Source of the DNA: Patescibacteria group bacterium
GTDB lineage: Bacteria > Patescibacteriota > Doudnabacteria > UBA920 > O2-02-FULL-48-8
Direction of reading: 5' to 3'
Assembly (NCBI GenBank): GCA_036278915.1
Contig: DASUKB010000001.1
Location: 301,186 to 365,185, forward strand
Length of the DNA: 64,000 nucleotides
Each line of letters begins with the position of its first letter. Within the stretch, counting starts at the first letter, position 1. Shown piece after piece: positions 10,176 to 20,204 of the stretch. Made by a program: the position numbers and the translations under genes. The notes under the pieces are model-generated. The model searched no databases and was not told the DNA's origin. It saw only the letters and a program-made list of their open reading frames with translations.

Positions 10176-10893
10176 GGAATTTGTATTTAAAAACTATAAA
10201 TGAAAAAACCAGTACCGCGTTCCACATGCGTCTGATGCGCCATGGCTGAGTTATGAGACGCCAAAGCCATTCCAAACCAAGGTGACCCACCCAGTCGGGC
10301 GCTGTTTTCCGCTTGCCGGACAAATAATCAAAGGTGCCTCCAAGGCCAATAGCGACTTTTACGTTCAGAAAAGAGAGGTTTTGCGAAAGCCACGTTTCTT
10401 GCTTTGGCGGAGCGTAAGCTATGCATAGTATATCAGAATTTGAGTTTGCAATCCCCTGTACTATTTGCGCGTCGAACGGCCTTTCCGAAACTGCGAGATT
10501 TATTTTGAGATTCGGGAACTTTAGCTTAAGCGCTTGCGCAGATAATGCCGCAACATTGTCCTGACCTCCCACTAGGGACATTGAGTAGCCTTTTTCGCTT
10601 GCCAGCTCCGCAATATCCCAAATAAACTTTGAGCCGGAAATTTTTTCAGTTATAACTTTTGTACCAGCCAAGAAATTCGCAGCCCATACCAGGCCTTGTC
10701 CGTCGGGCAAAGAAAGGTCGGCTCCGTTTAGAACTTTCAAATAATTTTGGTCGCGGTTGGCAAACACCACAAATTCCGAGTACGCGGTCACTACCAAATG
10801 CGGTTTACCGCTTTGGACAAATTCATCTATCAATTTGATAGCTTCAAGTTTAGTCACGTTATCGACCAAAACATTTGCGACATTTACCTTCAT
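10162..10893 (-). CDS. WecB/TagA/CpsF family glycosyltransferase
   Basis: Family-typical N-terminus (V..V....i..f......hlVvt.N.e.v....d) and length near 240 aa. Confidence 0.75.
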   Translation of the reverse strand: MKVNVANVLVDNVTKLEAIKLIDEFVQSGKPHLVVTAYSEFVVFANRDQNYLKVLNGADLSLPDGQGLVWAANFLAGTKVITEKISGSKFIWDIAELASEKGYSMSLVGGQDNVAALSAQALKLKFPNLKINLAVSERPFDAQIVQGIANSNSDILCIAYAPPKQETWLSQNLSFLNVKVAIGLGGTFDYLSGKRKTAPDWVGHLGLEWLWRLITQPWRIRRMWNAVLVFSFIVFKYKFHGRN

Positions 10894-10933
10894 ATATCTT
10901 TAAATTATAGCATAAAACTGCTATGATACGGAT

Positions 10934-11197
10934 ATGGAAATCAGCCCCGGCAAACTCCGGAAAACGAAAGACACCCACCTGCATTCGGCCGCGCATGCGC
11001 TGGCCGACGAGCTTGCCAATCGACTGGGCGATACCAAACATTTCGGATTTTATCTTAAAATGGCCATAACTTATGACCACGGCTTCCTCCGCCGCCTGGC
11101 TGGCGAAGTTTTGGAATCCAAGTCAACCAAAAAACCGGGCGCATTGTTTGCATATTTAATTAAAAAATATAATCAAGAACATGCTAAAGATAGTTAA
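10934..11197 (+). CDS. Hypothetical protein
   Basis: 87-aa ORF immediately upstream of def; no recognisable motif. Confidence 0.35.
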   Translation: MEISPGKLRKTKDTHLHSAAHALADELANRLGDTKHFGFYLKMAITYDHGFLRRLAGEVLESKSTKKPGALFAYLIKKYNQEHAKDS

Positions 11198-11657
11198 AGT
11201 ACCGGATCCAATTCTGACCAAAAAAACTTCAACAGTAAAAAAAATCGACGAAGCGATTTTGGATTTGGCAGCCGAGATGCTTGTCACCTGCCGAAAAGCC
11301 AACGGCATTGGCCTGGCTGCGCCGCAAATCGGCAAATCGCTTCGGTTGTGCATCATCAATCTTGAACACATAAATGTTCCGCCCTTTGCCCTGGTTAATC
11401 CCGAAATCGTCCGCAGCTCATTTAAAAAAGTGGAAATGGAAGAAGGCTGCTTGTCTATTCCAGGCGTATTTGGCATGGTGAAGCGCCCCAGTACGGTTAC
11501 CGTGCGCGCCGCCACTTTGGAAGGCAAAGAGATTAAATTCCGAGCCGGCGGGCTTATGTCTCGCGTCATCCAGCATGAAATCGATCATTTGGACGGCATA
11601 CTATTCACCTCAAAAATAATTAAACAAACCGCGGGCAACCCCGAAGAGAAGATGTAA
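11181..11657 (+). CDS. def: Peptide deformylase
   Basis: GIGLAAPQIG, EGCLSIPG, HEIDHLDG motifs. Confidence 0.9.
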   Translation: MLKIVKVPDPILTKKTSTVKKIDEAILDLAAEMLVTCRKANGIGLAAPQIGKSLRLCIINLEHINVPPFALVNPEIVRSSFKKVEMEEGCLSIPGVFGMVKRPSTVTVRAATLEGKEIKFRAGGLMSRVIQHEIDHLDGILFTSKIIKQTAGNPEEKM

Positions 11658-12577
11658 TGAGATTTATATTTGCTGGTACAACGGAATTTGGAATTCCCAC
11701 CCTAGAAAAACTCATCGCGGATGGCCATGAGTTGCTTTTTGTTATAACCCAACCGGACAAACCATTTGGACGCAAACAAGAACTCAATGCTGCCCCAATC
11801 AAAAAATGGGCGCAAGCCAATAATGTCCGCGTGCTCCAGCCAGATAAAATTTCAGAACTTCATGATGACATTGCTTTGCCAAAGCCGGATGTTTTACTGG
11901 TCGCAGCCTACGGACAGATCATTCCCAAAGAGATTTTGGACTTGCCAAGACATGGATCTATAAATATTCACGGCTCAGTTTTACCTAAATATCGGGGCGC
12001 CTCGCCAATCCAAGCAGCCATCCTTCATGGCGATACGAAAACAGGCATCACGCTTCTCCAAATGGATGAAAAAATGGATCACGGCCCAATCCTGGCCACT
12101 AAAGACCTTGACATTGCTCCCGAAGAAACGTTCCAGCAGCTTTATAGACGTTTGTCCGAACTTTCCGCTGAAATCTGCTCACAAATTTTGCCGCAATTTT
12201 TGACCGGGCAAATCCAAGGGGAGCCGCAGGAGCACTCCGCGGCCACGTTTACCAAGCTCCTCAGAAAAGAAGACGCGCGCATCGACTGGACCGGAAGTGC
12301 CGTGAATATTTTAAATCAAGTCCGTGCGCTCAACCCAGAACCCGGCACCTGGACCACGCTTGACGGAAAGGTCGTCAAAATTTTGGAAGTAAAAATTCTG
12401 CCAGGCATAAAAATCGAACTGCCTGGCAAACTTTTCCAAACACCGGAAGGCCTTGCCGCGAAAGCATCCGATGCGAGCCTTATCCTGCAATCAGTCCAGC
12501 CAGCGGGAGGCAATGTTATGACTGGGGCACAATGGGCAAATGGCATCCGAAATTTATCGGTAAAACATTTTATTTAA
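11657..12577 (+). CDS. fmt: Methionyl-tRNA formyltransferase
   Basis: Formyltransferase N-domain (NIHGSVLPKYRGASPIQ) and C-domain; start codon coupled to def stop. Confidence 0.9.
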   Translation: MRFIFAGTTEFGIPTLEKLIADGHELLFVITQPDKPFGRKQELNAAPIKKWAQANNVRVLQPDKISELHDDIALPKPDVLLVAAYGQIIPKEILDLPRHGSINIHGSVLPKYRGASPIQAAILHGDTKTGITLLQMDEKMDHGPILATKDLDIAPEETFQQLYRRLSELSAEICSQILPQFLTGQIQGEPQEHSAATFTKLLRKEDARIDWTGSAVNILNQVRALNPEPGTWTTLDGKVVKILEVKILPGIKIELPGKLFQTPEGLAAKASDASLILQSVQPAGGNVMTGAQWANGIRNLSVKHFI

Positions 12578-12759
12578 AATTTCCCAATCTAGTAACAAAG
12601 GCGTCTAATTTCCGTCGGCCCCTGGACATGATTGTTTCTGGATGTTTCTCTGATATTGTCCGCGTCAAAGCTTTGTTTTATTGGATAATTATGAAATAGA
12701 CAGGAGAATCCTTAGATGTTGTTATATAAACAGCATCTTTTTTTATTAATCCAAATTTT

Positions 12760-14472
12760 ATGAAGCACAAGATCATATTGTTTGCATTGGTCGGGGTGGC
12801 AGTATTCGCCGCGGGAAAAGCTCACGCTGCTGTTTCCAATTGGCAGTCAGGCGCAAGCTTGGTGCCCAAAAGCACCACAGACTTTTCATCTAGTTCGTTT
12901 AATCAATCTCTGCAAAATTTAGCAGCAGCCCATGCCAACACTGCTGTCTTTATAATCCCCTACTACCAGTCCGGCATGAACTCTTCCGACATACAAGCCG
13001 GATGGAATACTCCAACCGATAGCTCGCTTACCACCGCCATAGACTATGCCCACTCGCTTGGGCTTTCTGTAGTACTCAAGCCACATCTGGATTGCTATTG
13101 TGGCGGCTGGCGCGCGCAGATAAATGCCTCCGACCGCGGCAGTTGGTTTGCGAATTACTCCGCAATGCTTAACCATTTGGGAACCATAGGACAAGCTCAT
13201 AATGTATCGGAGATTGTTGTCGGCACGGAGCTTATCGACATGGCATCCGGTGACAGTAATTCAGATAATACAACCCAGTGGCAATCCATGATTTCGTCTC
13301 TGAGAGGGGTTTACAACGGCAAACTGACCTACAGTGCCAACTGGGGCGCGTCCGGATTCGCTCTTGAGGTGCCGCAAATTAAATTCTGGGGTTCGCTAGA
13401 CCAAATCGGAATTTCGGCGTACTACGAACTGCCCAGCGGCTCCAACAATCCATCGGATATCGAGTCCCAGTGGGACCGATGGAATAATAGCAACATCAAA
13501 CCAATTTCGCAGGCTTACAACAAACCCGTCATATTCACCGAAATTGGGTACAAAAGCATCAGCGGCGCGCGCTATCAACCCTGGAACTCCGGAGCTGGTG
13601 GCTCATACGATCCAACAGAACAGGCCAACCTTTATACCGCTTTGTTTGAATATTGGAATAATCAGTCGTTTATGCAGGGAGTCTACCTTTGGAACTGGGA
13701 CACCAACCCAAATTATGGCGGCAGCGGCAACACAGACTATTCACCGCAAAATAAGCCGGCCCAGGACGTGATATCAAGCTGGTTTTCGGGTTCAGGGACT
13801 GGCGGCGGCGGACAAACTGGTAACCTAAGCTTCACCAGTTCTGCCGCTGTGCCTGCAACCATAAACGCCAACCAATCTGCCAGCATTACCGCCAACATCA
13901 AAAACAATTCCTCATCCAACGCCTCAAACCTCATAGTGGATACGGAAGTTTACAATAGTTCCGATTCAAAGGTCTTCCAGAAATTTGTGTCCGGTCAAAG
14001 CATTGCCGCCGGACAAAGCAAGCAATTCACGTCCAGTTGGACACCCGCCGCCGCCGGAAACTACACTGTCAAAATTGGAATTTTCAATTCCGATTGGTCT
14101 ACAAATTATTCTTGGAACGGTTCGTCTGCCGCGTTCACAGTTTCGGATTCGGGAAGCGGCTCAGGCACGACAGCTGGAAGTTTAGATATCTGGTGGCCCA
14201 GTGACGGCGGGACAGTGTCGGGTACCCAGCCCTTCAAAGCCATGGTCGAAAATCTAGACGTTTCAAATTACAACATGTACTGGCAGGTTGACGGCGGGCA
14301 GCTAAACCAAATGTTCAACAGTACGCAAGATTATCCGCACAAAGAAGTGCTAGTGGATCTTTCCGGCTGGAATTGGAAGCCGAGCAACAACTACGCACTC
14401 AACTTCGTGGCAAAAAATGTAAATTCCAACATAATTGCGCAGAAATCCATAGGCATCCATGTCAACCACTAA
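12760..14472 (+). CDS. Secreted clan GH-A (GH5/GH113-like) glycoside hydrolase with C-terminal beta-sandwich domains
   Basis: Signal peptide; TIM-barrel motifs (GTELID acid/base-like, FTEIGY nucleophile-like); Ig-like region; C-terminal ~95 aa shared with the next gene. Confidence 0.7.
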   Translation: MKHKIILFALVGVAVFAAGKAHAAVSNWQSGASLVPKSTTDFSSSSFNQSLQNLAAAHANTAVFIIPYYQSGMNSSDIQAGWNTPTDSSLTTAIDYAHSLGLSVVLKPHLDCYCGGWRAQINASDRGSWFANYSAMLNHLGTIGQAHNVSEIVVGTELIDMASGDSNSDNTTQWQSMISSLRGVYNGKLTYSANWGASGFALEVPQIKFWGSLDQIGISAYYELPSGSNNPSDIESQWDRWNNSNIKPISQAYNKPVIFTEIGYKSISGARYQPWNSGAGGSYDPTEQANLYTALFEYWNNQSFMQGVYLWNWDTNPNYGGSGNTDYSPQNKPAQDVISSWFSGSGTGGGGQTGNLSFTSSAAVPATINANQSASITANIKNNSSSNASNLIVDTEVYNSSDSKVFQKFVSGQSIAAGQSKQFTSSWTPAAAGNYTVKIGIFNSDWSTNYSWNGSSAAFTVSDSGSGSGTTAGSLDIWWPSDGGTVSGTQPFKAMVENLDVSNYNMYWQVDGGQLNQMFNSTQDYPHKEVLVDLSGWNWKPSNNYALNFVAKNVNSNIIAQKSIGIHVNH

Positions 14473-16345
14473 TCTCCCAAATTATATAAAGCTTGCCTGT
14501 ATTGGCATCATATTAGCAGGGGCTTTGGCCGGACATAAGGCCCAGGCTGCTGTAGCGAATTGGCAGAAGGGTGAATCTATCGTGCCAACCTCACAGACTG
14601 ATTTTGCCTCGGATAATATGCAGCGCTCGCTGGACAACTTGCGCGCAACCGGAGCCAATTATGTCACTCTTGTTTTACCCTACTATCAAAATTCTATCCA
14701 CGACACCGCTATTTTTGCTGGAGTAAATACCCCTACGGATGACGCGCTTGTTTCTGCCATTGATTACGCGCACTCCATCGGTTTGGCCGTTAACTTGAAA
14801 GTTCACGCCGAAGCTTACGATACAGACTGGCGCGCCAACATAAATCCAAGCAACCGTTCAGAATGGTTCACAAATTACGGCCTCATCCTAAACCATTTGG
14901 GGATCTTGGGACAAGCGCACCGCGTAGAGATGATTACGATCGGCACAGAACTCATTGATATGGCTTCAGATAATTTAAATTCCACAAACACTGCCAATTG
15001 GGAAAAACTCATAGCTACACTCCGTACTGTCTACAGCGGCAAACTGACCTACAGCGCCAATTGGGGTGGCGGGACCTGGAACGACGAGATTGACCACATT
15101 AAATTTTGGTCAGCTTTAGACTATATTGGCGTGTCTGCGTATTACCATGTAGCTAGCTCACAAAATTATACAATGCAGTCACTGGAAAACGCTTGGTCTA
15201 AGGTTGATGTAAATCAACTTGGGCCGTTGAGTCGGCGCTTTGGCAAGCAGGTCATTATCACAGAAGTTGGTTATAGAAGCGTTCAGGGCGGCCTCACGCA
15301 CCCAGCCAGCTGGACGCTCACCGGACCCGTGGACGAGGAAGAACAAAACGACGGCTTCGCCGCGCTATTCAATTACTGGAATAACGTTCCCTATCTCGCC
15401 GGAGTACAATTTTGGGATTGGAAACCTAACCCAAATGTCGGCGGCCCAAACGATACTGACTTTACTCCGCAGGGGAAACTCGCTCAAAAAACAATTGCAT
15501 CATGGTTTACCTCAAACAAGGCTCCGGACGCAAACTCAGATCCTGGAAATTCACAAACTATTCAACTCTCTTCATTGTCTTGGGCTTCAGCGGCCAACGG
15601 CTGGGGGCCAGTAGAAATAAACTCCAGCAACGGCGAAAAGGCGCTCGGTGATGGCAAAACTATTACCATTAATGGTTCAAAATACGAGACTGGTCTCGGC
15701 ACCAACGCTAAGTCAAAAATTATATATAATATTTCCGATTGCAGTAAATTTACCAGCGACATTGGCGTGGACGATGAAGTGGACATACGCGGCTCGGTGG
15801 TGTTTCAGGTTTGGTCCGGTCCGAATAAAATATACGACAGCGGACTTATGACTTTTGCCGATCCTGCCAAGCATATTGACTTAGATATCAATGGAGTAAC
15901 AAACCTGGCCCTTATTGCCCAGGATGGCGGCAATGGCAACGGCCACGATCATGCGGACTGGGCCAACCCCACAATCACCTGTGCTGCGGAAACCACTCCT
16001 GTTACTCCTACACCTCCTCCCCCGCCTCCCACACCCACACCGGCTCCGGTTGCCAGAATTGATGTTTGGTGGCCGACAAATGGCGCGGTTGTCTCTGGGA
16101 TCCAGCCGTTTAAGGCTATGGTGGCAGAGAAATCAATTTCGGATTACGATATGTATTGGCAGGTTGACGGCGGAGAACTTAATTTTATGGGCACAAGCTC
16201 GCAAGATTATCCACACAAGGAATCCATGGTGGATCTATCTGGCTGGAACTGGCACCAAAGCGGACCCTATAAGATTACATTTGTTGTAAAAGACAAATCA
16301 GGGGCAATAATTGCCACGCAAAGTGTTGAAATTAGCATCAACTAA
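14459..16345 (+). CDS. Secreted clan GH-A glycoside hydrolase paralog with NPCBM/NEW3 carbohydrate-binding domain and Pro/Thr linker
   Basis: Paralog of 12760..14472 (GTELID / ITEVGY); NPCBM-like segment LSSLSWASAANGWGPVEINSS...DWANP; PT-rich linker; shared C-terminal domain. Confidence 0.7.
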   Translation: MSTTNLPNYIKLACIGIILAGALAGHKAQAAVANWQKGESIVPTSQTDFASDNMQRSLDNLRATGANYVTLVLPYYQNSIHDTAIFAGVNTPTDDALVSAIDYAHSIGLAVNLKVHAEAYDTDWRANINPSNRSEWFTNYGLILNHLGILGQAHRVEMITIGTELIDMASDNLNSTNTANWEKLIATLRTVYSGKLTYSANWGGGTWNDEIDHIKFWSALDYIGVSAYYHVASSQNYTMQSLENAWSKVDVNQLGPLSRRFGKQVIITEVGYRSVQGGLTHPASWTLTGPVDEEEQNDGFAALFNYWNNVPYLAGVQFWDWKPNPNVGGPNDTDFTPQGKLAQKTIASWFTSNKAPDANSDPGNSQTIQLSSLSWASAANGWGPVEINSSNGEKALGDGKTITINGSKYETGLGTNAKSKIIYNISDCSKFTSDIGVDDEVDIRGSVVFQVWSGPNKIYDSGLMTFADPAKHIDLDINGVTNLALIAQDGGNGNGHDHADWANPTITCAAETTPVTPTPPPPPPTPTPAPVARIDVWWPTNGAVVSGIQPFKAMVAEKSISDYDMYWQVDGGELNFMGTSSQDYPHKESMVDLSGWNWHQSGPYKITFVVKDKSGAIIATQSVEISIN

Positions 16346-16350
16346 TAAAT

Positions 16351-16380
16351 AAAAAATCGGCTCGCAGGAGCCGATTTTTT
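16351..16380. terminator. Bidirectional intrinsic terminator (GH gene + / PCD gene -)
   Basis: aaaaaATCGGCTCgcagGAGCCGATttttt. Confidence 0.65.
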
Positions 16381-16696
16381 ACGAATCAATTTTGGCTGCG
16401 AGTATAAAATCGTTTTCCGAAAGACCGTTGATGGCGTGAGTTGAAAATTCCACCGTAACCCGAGAGTAAGAAACTTTCATGTCCGGATGGTGGCCTTCTT
16501 CCTGGGCTATGAGTGCCACGCGGTTGACGAACGCCATCGTATCTGGAAACGACTTAAATTTATAATCTTTGGTGATTCGTATGCCTTCAATTAGCTTCCA
16601 GCCTCGCAGCTCTCGTAGATACTTTTTTATTTCAGCTGGAGAAAGCGGCGGTGTGCCTGCCTCGCAAGGGGCACATCGCTTATCTGATAGTTTCAT
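16379..16696 (-). CDS. Pterin-4a-carbinolamine dehydratase (PCD/DCoH)
   Basis: EEGHHPD motif, about 105 aa. Confidence 0.8.
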   Translation of the reverse strand: MKLSDKRCAPCEAGTPPLSPAEIKKYLRELRGWKLIEGIRITKDYKFKSFPDTMAFVNRVALIAQEEGHHPDMKVSYSRVTVEFSTHAINGLSENDFILAAKIDS

Positions 16697-16700
16697 TATT

Positions 16701-17165
16701 TTAAGTTAAATTACTTTTACGATCGTATGTGCCAATGAGCTGGGCATACTCTATGGTATGGCCGGCTACTGCTTCGAGTAAATCATTTTTGCCGCTGGTG
16801 TGTTCAAGCTGTAAGGATGAATCCAGCGCAAACAGCGTAAACACATACCGATGCATACGGTCTGGCGGGCACGGCGGCACATAATCTAAAGTCCCTCGCG
16901 TGTTCTGCCCGACGATCCCCACAGACTGCTGTGCTTCCTGCAAGCCTCGCGTTTTCGCGGGGATATTCCAAATGAGCCAATGGTCAAAAATTCCGTCTGG
17001 ACGAAAATTTTTGGGCACGTCAGGGTCTTCCATTATAAGAGCCAATGTTTTCGTACCAGGAGGCACTTCCAAAAAATTCAGGGGCGGACTAATCCGCTCC
17101 CCATCGCATGTGTATTTAGCCGGCATCGGCGAATTGTTTGCAAAGCTTGGGCTTTCCAATTTCAT
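16701..17165 (-). CDS. YbhB/YbcL (PEBP/Raf-kinase-inhibitor-like) family protein. Start set at the internal Met; the 66-aa ORF extension overlaps the upstream gene
   Basis: MKLESPSF..G..IP..YTCDGE..SPPL.., DPD.P, HRYVFTLFALD motifs of the bacterial PEBP family. Confidence 0.7.
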   Translation of the reverse strand: MKLESPSFANNSPMPAKYTCDGERISPPLNFLEVPPGTKTLALIMEDPDVPKNFRPDGIFDHWLIWNIPAKTRGLQEAQQSVGIVGQNTRGTLDYVPPCPPDRMHRYVFTLFALDSSLQLEHTSGKNDLLEAVAGHTIEYAQLIGTYDRKSNLT

Positions 17166-17176
17166 ATTCAAATCCT

Positions 17177-17509
17177 TCAGGCACTGTAGCGATAGAGAAA
17201 AATTATGACAATCGTCAAAATGATGAGCAAAGTTAATCCCAGAAGTTTGGCCTCTAGAATGTGCTTGTTCCAGTGCAGGTGCGCCTTGCGCACGTAAATA
17301 ATATCCCACCACCGCTGTCCTTCCATAATGCCCGCCATACAACCGCCTACCAGCAAAATCCAAAGGTACGCGGTTTCATTGAGTGCGATTCCCTTTTTGA
17401 GGACAATCAAACTGCCCAGTCCGTACACCACCAAGGCCATAAGGGTTCCCAGAAACGCGAACGACACGACGTAAATTCTTTTCTTTAAGGCAATTGTTTG
17501 TTTGTTCAT
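17177..17509 (-). CDS. Small integral membrane protein (hypothetical)
   Basis: Three predicted TM helices; 110 aa. Confidence 0.45.
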   Translation of the reverse strand: MNKQTIALKKRIYVVSFAFLGTLMALVVYGLGSLIVLKKGIALNETAYLWILLVGGCMAGIMEGQRWWDIIYVRKAHLHWNKHILEAKLLGLTLLIILTIVIIFLYRYSA

Positions 17510-17528
17510 TTATTTTTGTAGTTTAATT

Positions 17529-17795
17529 TCAGATGACGCTGAATTCCCTAAATGATTTTATCCGTCCTTCTTTAAAGTCAATCCGCTCCACGGCGGCTTC
17601 GTCCGTACCGCTGTTGCACCACTCAATAAAGTTATCCAAATCTTCTTCCGTGCCTTCGGCTTCCACGATCACAAATTTACCCTCGTTTTTGGCGTAACCC
17701 TTGATGCCCAAATTGTCTGCCACCTGCTTGGCCGCAATGCGAAAGCCCACGCCCTGTACCCTACCAAAGACGAAGATATCCAGATGCTTATCCAT
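17529..17795 (-). CDS. Acylphosphatase
   Basis: V.G.VQGVGFR motif, 88 aa. Confidence 0.8.
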   Translation of the reverse strand: MDKHLDIFVFGRVQGVGFRIAAKQVADNLGIKGYAKNEGKFVIVEAEGTEEDLDNFIEWCNSGTDEAAVERIDFKEGRIKSFREFSVI

Positions 17796-17799
17796 AGAA

Positions 17800-18360
17800 T
17801 TAGTTTAGCATTTTCTTAAGCTTTTTAAAATCTGCTTCCAAAAGCCTGCGGATATTTGGGTTGCGCAGGGCTGCGGCCGGATGGAACATGGGAACCAGGT
17901 TAAATTTATGTCCCAGCCATTCAGCCCGCCTAGGCATGCCGTGAATTTGCGAGATCGGTTCTTTCGTGAATTTCTTCAACGACACCGCCCCCACTGTGAC
18001 TATAACTTTGGGCTGGATAATTTTAAGCTCTTCATCGACGTATTTTTCGTACGCAGCAACCTCACCGGGATTCGGAGTTTTGTTGTGAGGCGGACGAAAC
18101 CGTACAACGCTTGTAATATAAACATTTTTTTCCAAAAACCCCGCGTTCTGAATGAGTGCGCGCAAAAGCTTTCCGGAGCGGCCCACAAACGGCCGACCAA
18201 TTTCGTCTTCCATACGTCCCGGCGCTTCGCCCAAAATATAAATTTCCGGATTGAGGCTCCCTTCGCCAAACACTAATTGCTTCGCCGACTTGGCAAATGG
18301 CAAATGCTTGTCGGAGCGCATCCGGGCTTTTAATTTTTCGATTTCCTGCCGCTTATTCAT
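17800..18360 (-). CDS. Uracil-DNA glycosylase, family 4
   Basis: GEAPG....E...G.PFVGRSGKLL motif. Confidence 0.8.
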   Translation of the reverse strand: MNKRQEIEKLKARMRSDKHLPFAKSAKQLVFGEGSLNPEIYILGEAPGRMEDEIGRPFVGRSGKLLRALIQNAGFLEKNVYITSVVRFRPPHNKTPNPGEVAAYEKYVDEELKIIQPKVIVTVGAVSLKKFTKEPISQIHGMPRRAEWLGHKFNLVPMFHPAAALRNPNIRRLLEADFKKLKKMLN

Positions 18361-19284
18361 CTATCCTAAATTCATCTGGCGCAGCCGTTTAATGCGCTCT
18401 TCTATTGGTGGATGCGTGTTGAATAAATTAGCAAGCCAATGCCCGCGGCTGCCTGACTTCGTATCAGATTTAAAGGGGCTGGCAAAGTACAAATGCGCAG
18501 TTGCATTGTTGGAGTGCGCCAAAGGTTCTTCATCAGCTGCAATTTTTTCCAGAGCGCGTGCCAAACCCTCCGGGTAGCGCGTCAAAAGCGCGCCGGATGC
18601 GTCAGCCAGATATTCCCGATGACGCGAGACAGCAAGCTTAATGAGTGTTGCAATAATCGGCGAAAGAATCGCAAATATAAGCCCGACAACAGCTAAAATC
18701 GCCAGGATCTGGCCACCTTCGCCGTCTCTGCCGCGCCGGCGTCCGCCGCCAAGGAATCCGAACCTCAAGAACCAATCCGAGAGGAGCGTTATAGTGCCCA
18801 CCAAAACCACGACCATCGTCATTACGCGGATGTCATAATTTCCAATGTGCGACAGCTCGTGCGCAATTACGCCCTCAAGTTCGGTTTTGTCCATCTTCTG
18901 CAAAATTCCGGTAGTGGCGCACACGACCGCATGCTTGGGATCGCGTCCTGTGGCAAACGCATTCGGCGACGGATCGTTCACAATGTAAATCCTAGGCGCA
19001 GGCAAACCTGCGGCTATGCATAAATTTTCCACAATCCGATAAAGCTCCGGCGCAGTTTGCCGATCCACTTCCTGCGCGTGCGACATCGCAAGCGTTATGG
19101 AATCCGAAAAGTAATACGAGATGAGAGAGCTGAATACGCTAAATCCCACAGCAAAGTACAGGATCGCTTGGTTGTCATAAACTACGGCAAATAGATAACC
19201 AAGCGCAATAATGATTACCAAAAACACCGTGATTAAAAGCCACGATTCTCTTTTATTTCGCGTGATTTCGGTATACGTTAACAT
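18361..19284 (-). CDS. htpX: Zinc metalloprotease HtpX (M48)
   Basis: HELSHI (HExxH), TM helices, C-terminal NTHPP..ERI. Confidence 0.85.
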   Translation of the reverse strand: MLTYTEITRNKRESWLLITVFLVIIIALGYLFAVVYDNQAILYFAVGFSVFSSLISYYFSDSITLAMSHAQEVDRQTAPELYRIVENLCIAAGLPAPRIYIVNDPSPNAFATGRDPKHAVVCATTGILQKMDKTELEGVIAHELSHIGNYDIRVMTMVVVLVGTITLLSDWFLRFGFLGGGRRRGRDGEGGQILAILAVVGLIFAILSPIIATLIKLAVSRHREYLADASGALLTRYPEGLARALEKIAADEEPLAHSNNATAHLYFASPFKSDTKSGSRGHWLANLFNTHPPIEERIKRLRQMNLG

Positions 19285-19345
19285 TCAAATTTCTAATTGA
19301 TCTAATCTACTAAATTTTAGATTAGAAATTACTAATTAGAGTAAT

Positions 19346-19918
19346 TTAGAATTGTACTTTTGGAGCCTGGCCTTCCACAGCTTCATCAAGGCCAAAGAAC
19401 TCGCGTTTGGTGAAGTGGAACAGTGACGCGAATATGTTGGTCGGGAAAACCTGAAGTTTCGTGTTGTAATCTCGGACATTACCGTTGTAAAATCTGCGAG
19501 AAGCCTGGATCTTGTCTTCAGTGTCTGTAAGATTCGACTGAAGATTCAAAAAGTTTTGATTAGCCTTAAGGTCCGGATAATTTTCGGCCAAAGCAAACAG
19601 TCGCCCAATGGCCGTGGACAGCTCGCCCTGCGCCGCCTGGAATTTCTGCATCTGTTCGGCATTGACCTTTGCCGGATCCATAGTAATGCTTGTGGCCTTG
19701 GAACGCGCGGCTACCACCTCGTCCAATGTCCCCCGCTCGTGCGCGGCATAGCCTTTGACTGTCTCCACTAAATTTGGGATCAAATCATAACGCCGTTTAA
19801 GCTGGACTTCTATATCGCTCCAGGCTTCATCAACGCGATTGCGGGAGCCTACCAGCGAATTGAACAGCCCAATGACCAAAAGGACCAAAACCCCTATAAT
19901 TATTATCCAAATCCACAT
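19346..19918 (-). CDS. LemA family protein. Start set at the internal Met MWIWIII; the 71-aa ORF extension is judged spurious
   Basis: N-terminal TM then the LemA-typical segment NSLV..RNRV.EAWSDI.VQLKRR.DLIPNLVETVKGYA.HE. Confidence 0.8.
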   Translation of the reverse strand: MWIWIIIIGVLVLLVIGLFNSLVGSRNRVDEAWSDIEVQLKRRYDLIPNLVETVKGYAAHERGTLDEVVAARSKATSITMDPAKVNAEQMQKFQAAQGELSTAIGRLFALAENYPDLKANQNFLNLQSNLTDTEDKIQASRRFYNGNVRDYNTKLQVFPTNIFASLFHFTKREFFGLDEAVEGQAPKVQF

Positions 19919-20024
19919 AATTTTTATAGTTAATGACTGTATAGATATTATAAGCAATTGGTTTAAATATATCCATAGTTGCTTTTTTATCAATTTGCGG
20001 GCATAATTACCGTAAGGAGGAGCC

Positions 20025-20204
20025 GTGGCCAACCGAGAGATCTTAGGAAGATTTCGTCGTAGGTCCAACCACATATGCCAATGCCGCCGCCCAGCGAAAT
20101 TCCGTATCAGAGGCCGGGTGAAGGCGGACACAGATCACGAGCTCTGTTTCCGCTGCCACCGATCATTGGCTCAGAGCATGAAGAGCCGACAGCTAGTCCA
20201 ATGA
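20025..20204 (+). CDS. Candidate small Arg/Cys-rich zinc-ribbon protein (59 aa, GTG start). Could instead be a non-coding RNA
   Basis: Promoter TTGCTT-N17-CATAAT at 19979-20007, SD AAGGAGG at 20014-20020, C.C...C..CH pattern, terminator immediately after the stop. Confidence 0.3.
   Translation: MANREILGRFRRRSNHICQCRRPAKFRIRGRVKADTDHELCFRCHRSLAQSMKSRQLVQ

Noticed and set aside
16701-17363. Full 220-aa ORF for the PEBP-like gene
   Set aside because: Its first 66 codons overlap the upstream membrane-protein gene in another frame. The PEBP homology begins at the internal Met (17165), giving a family-typical 155-aa protein.
19346-20131. 261-aa version of the LemA ORF
   Set aside because: LemA homology and the TM helix start at the internal Met (19918). 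The upstream 71 aa are low-complexity and would run into the promoter region of the neighbouring unit.
20025-20204. Identification of the 59-aa Cys/Arg-rich ORF as ribosomal protein L31 or S14
   Set aside because: Only the C.C...C..CH spacing resembles L31. N- and C-terminal conserved segments (HPKY, FTGKQR) are absent. Left as an unnamed zinc-ribbon candidate.
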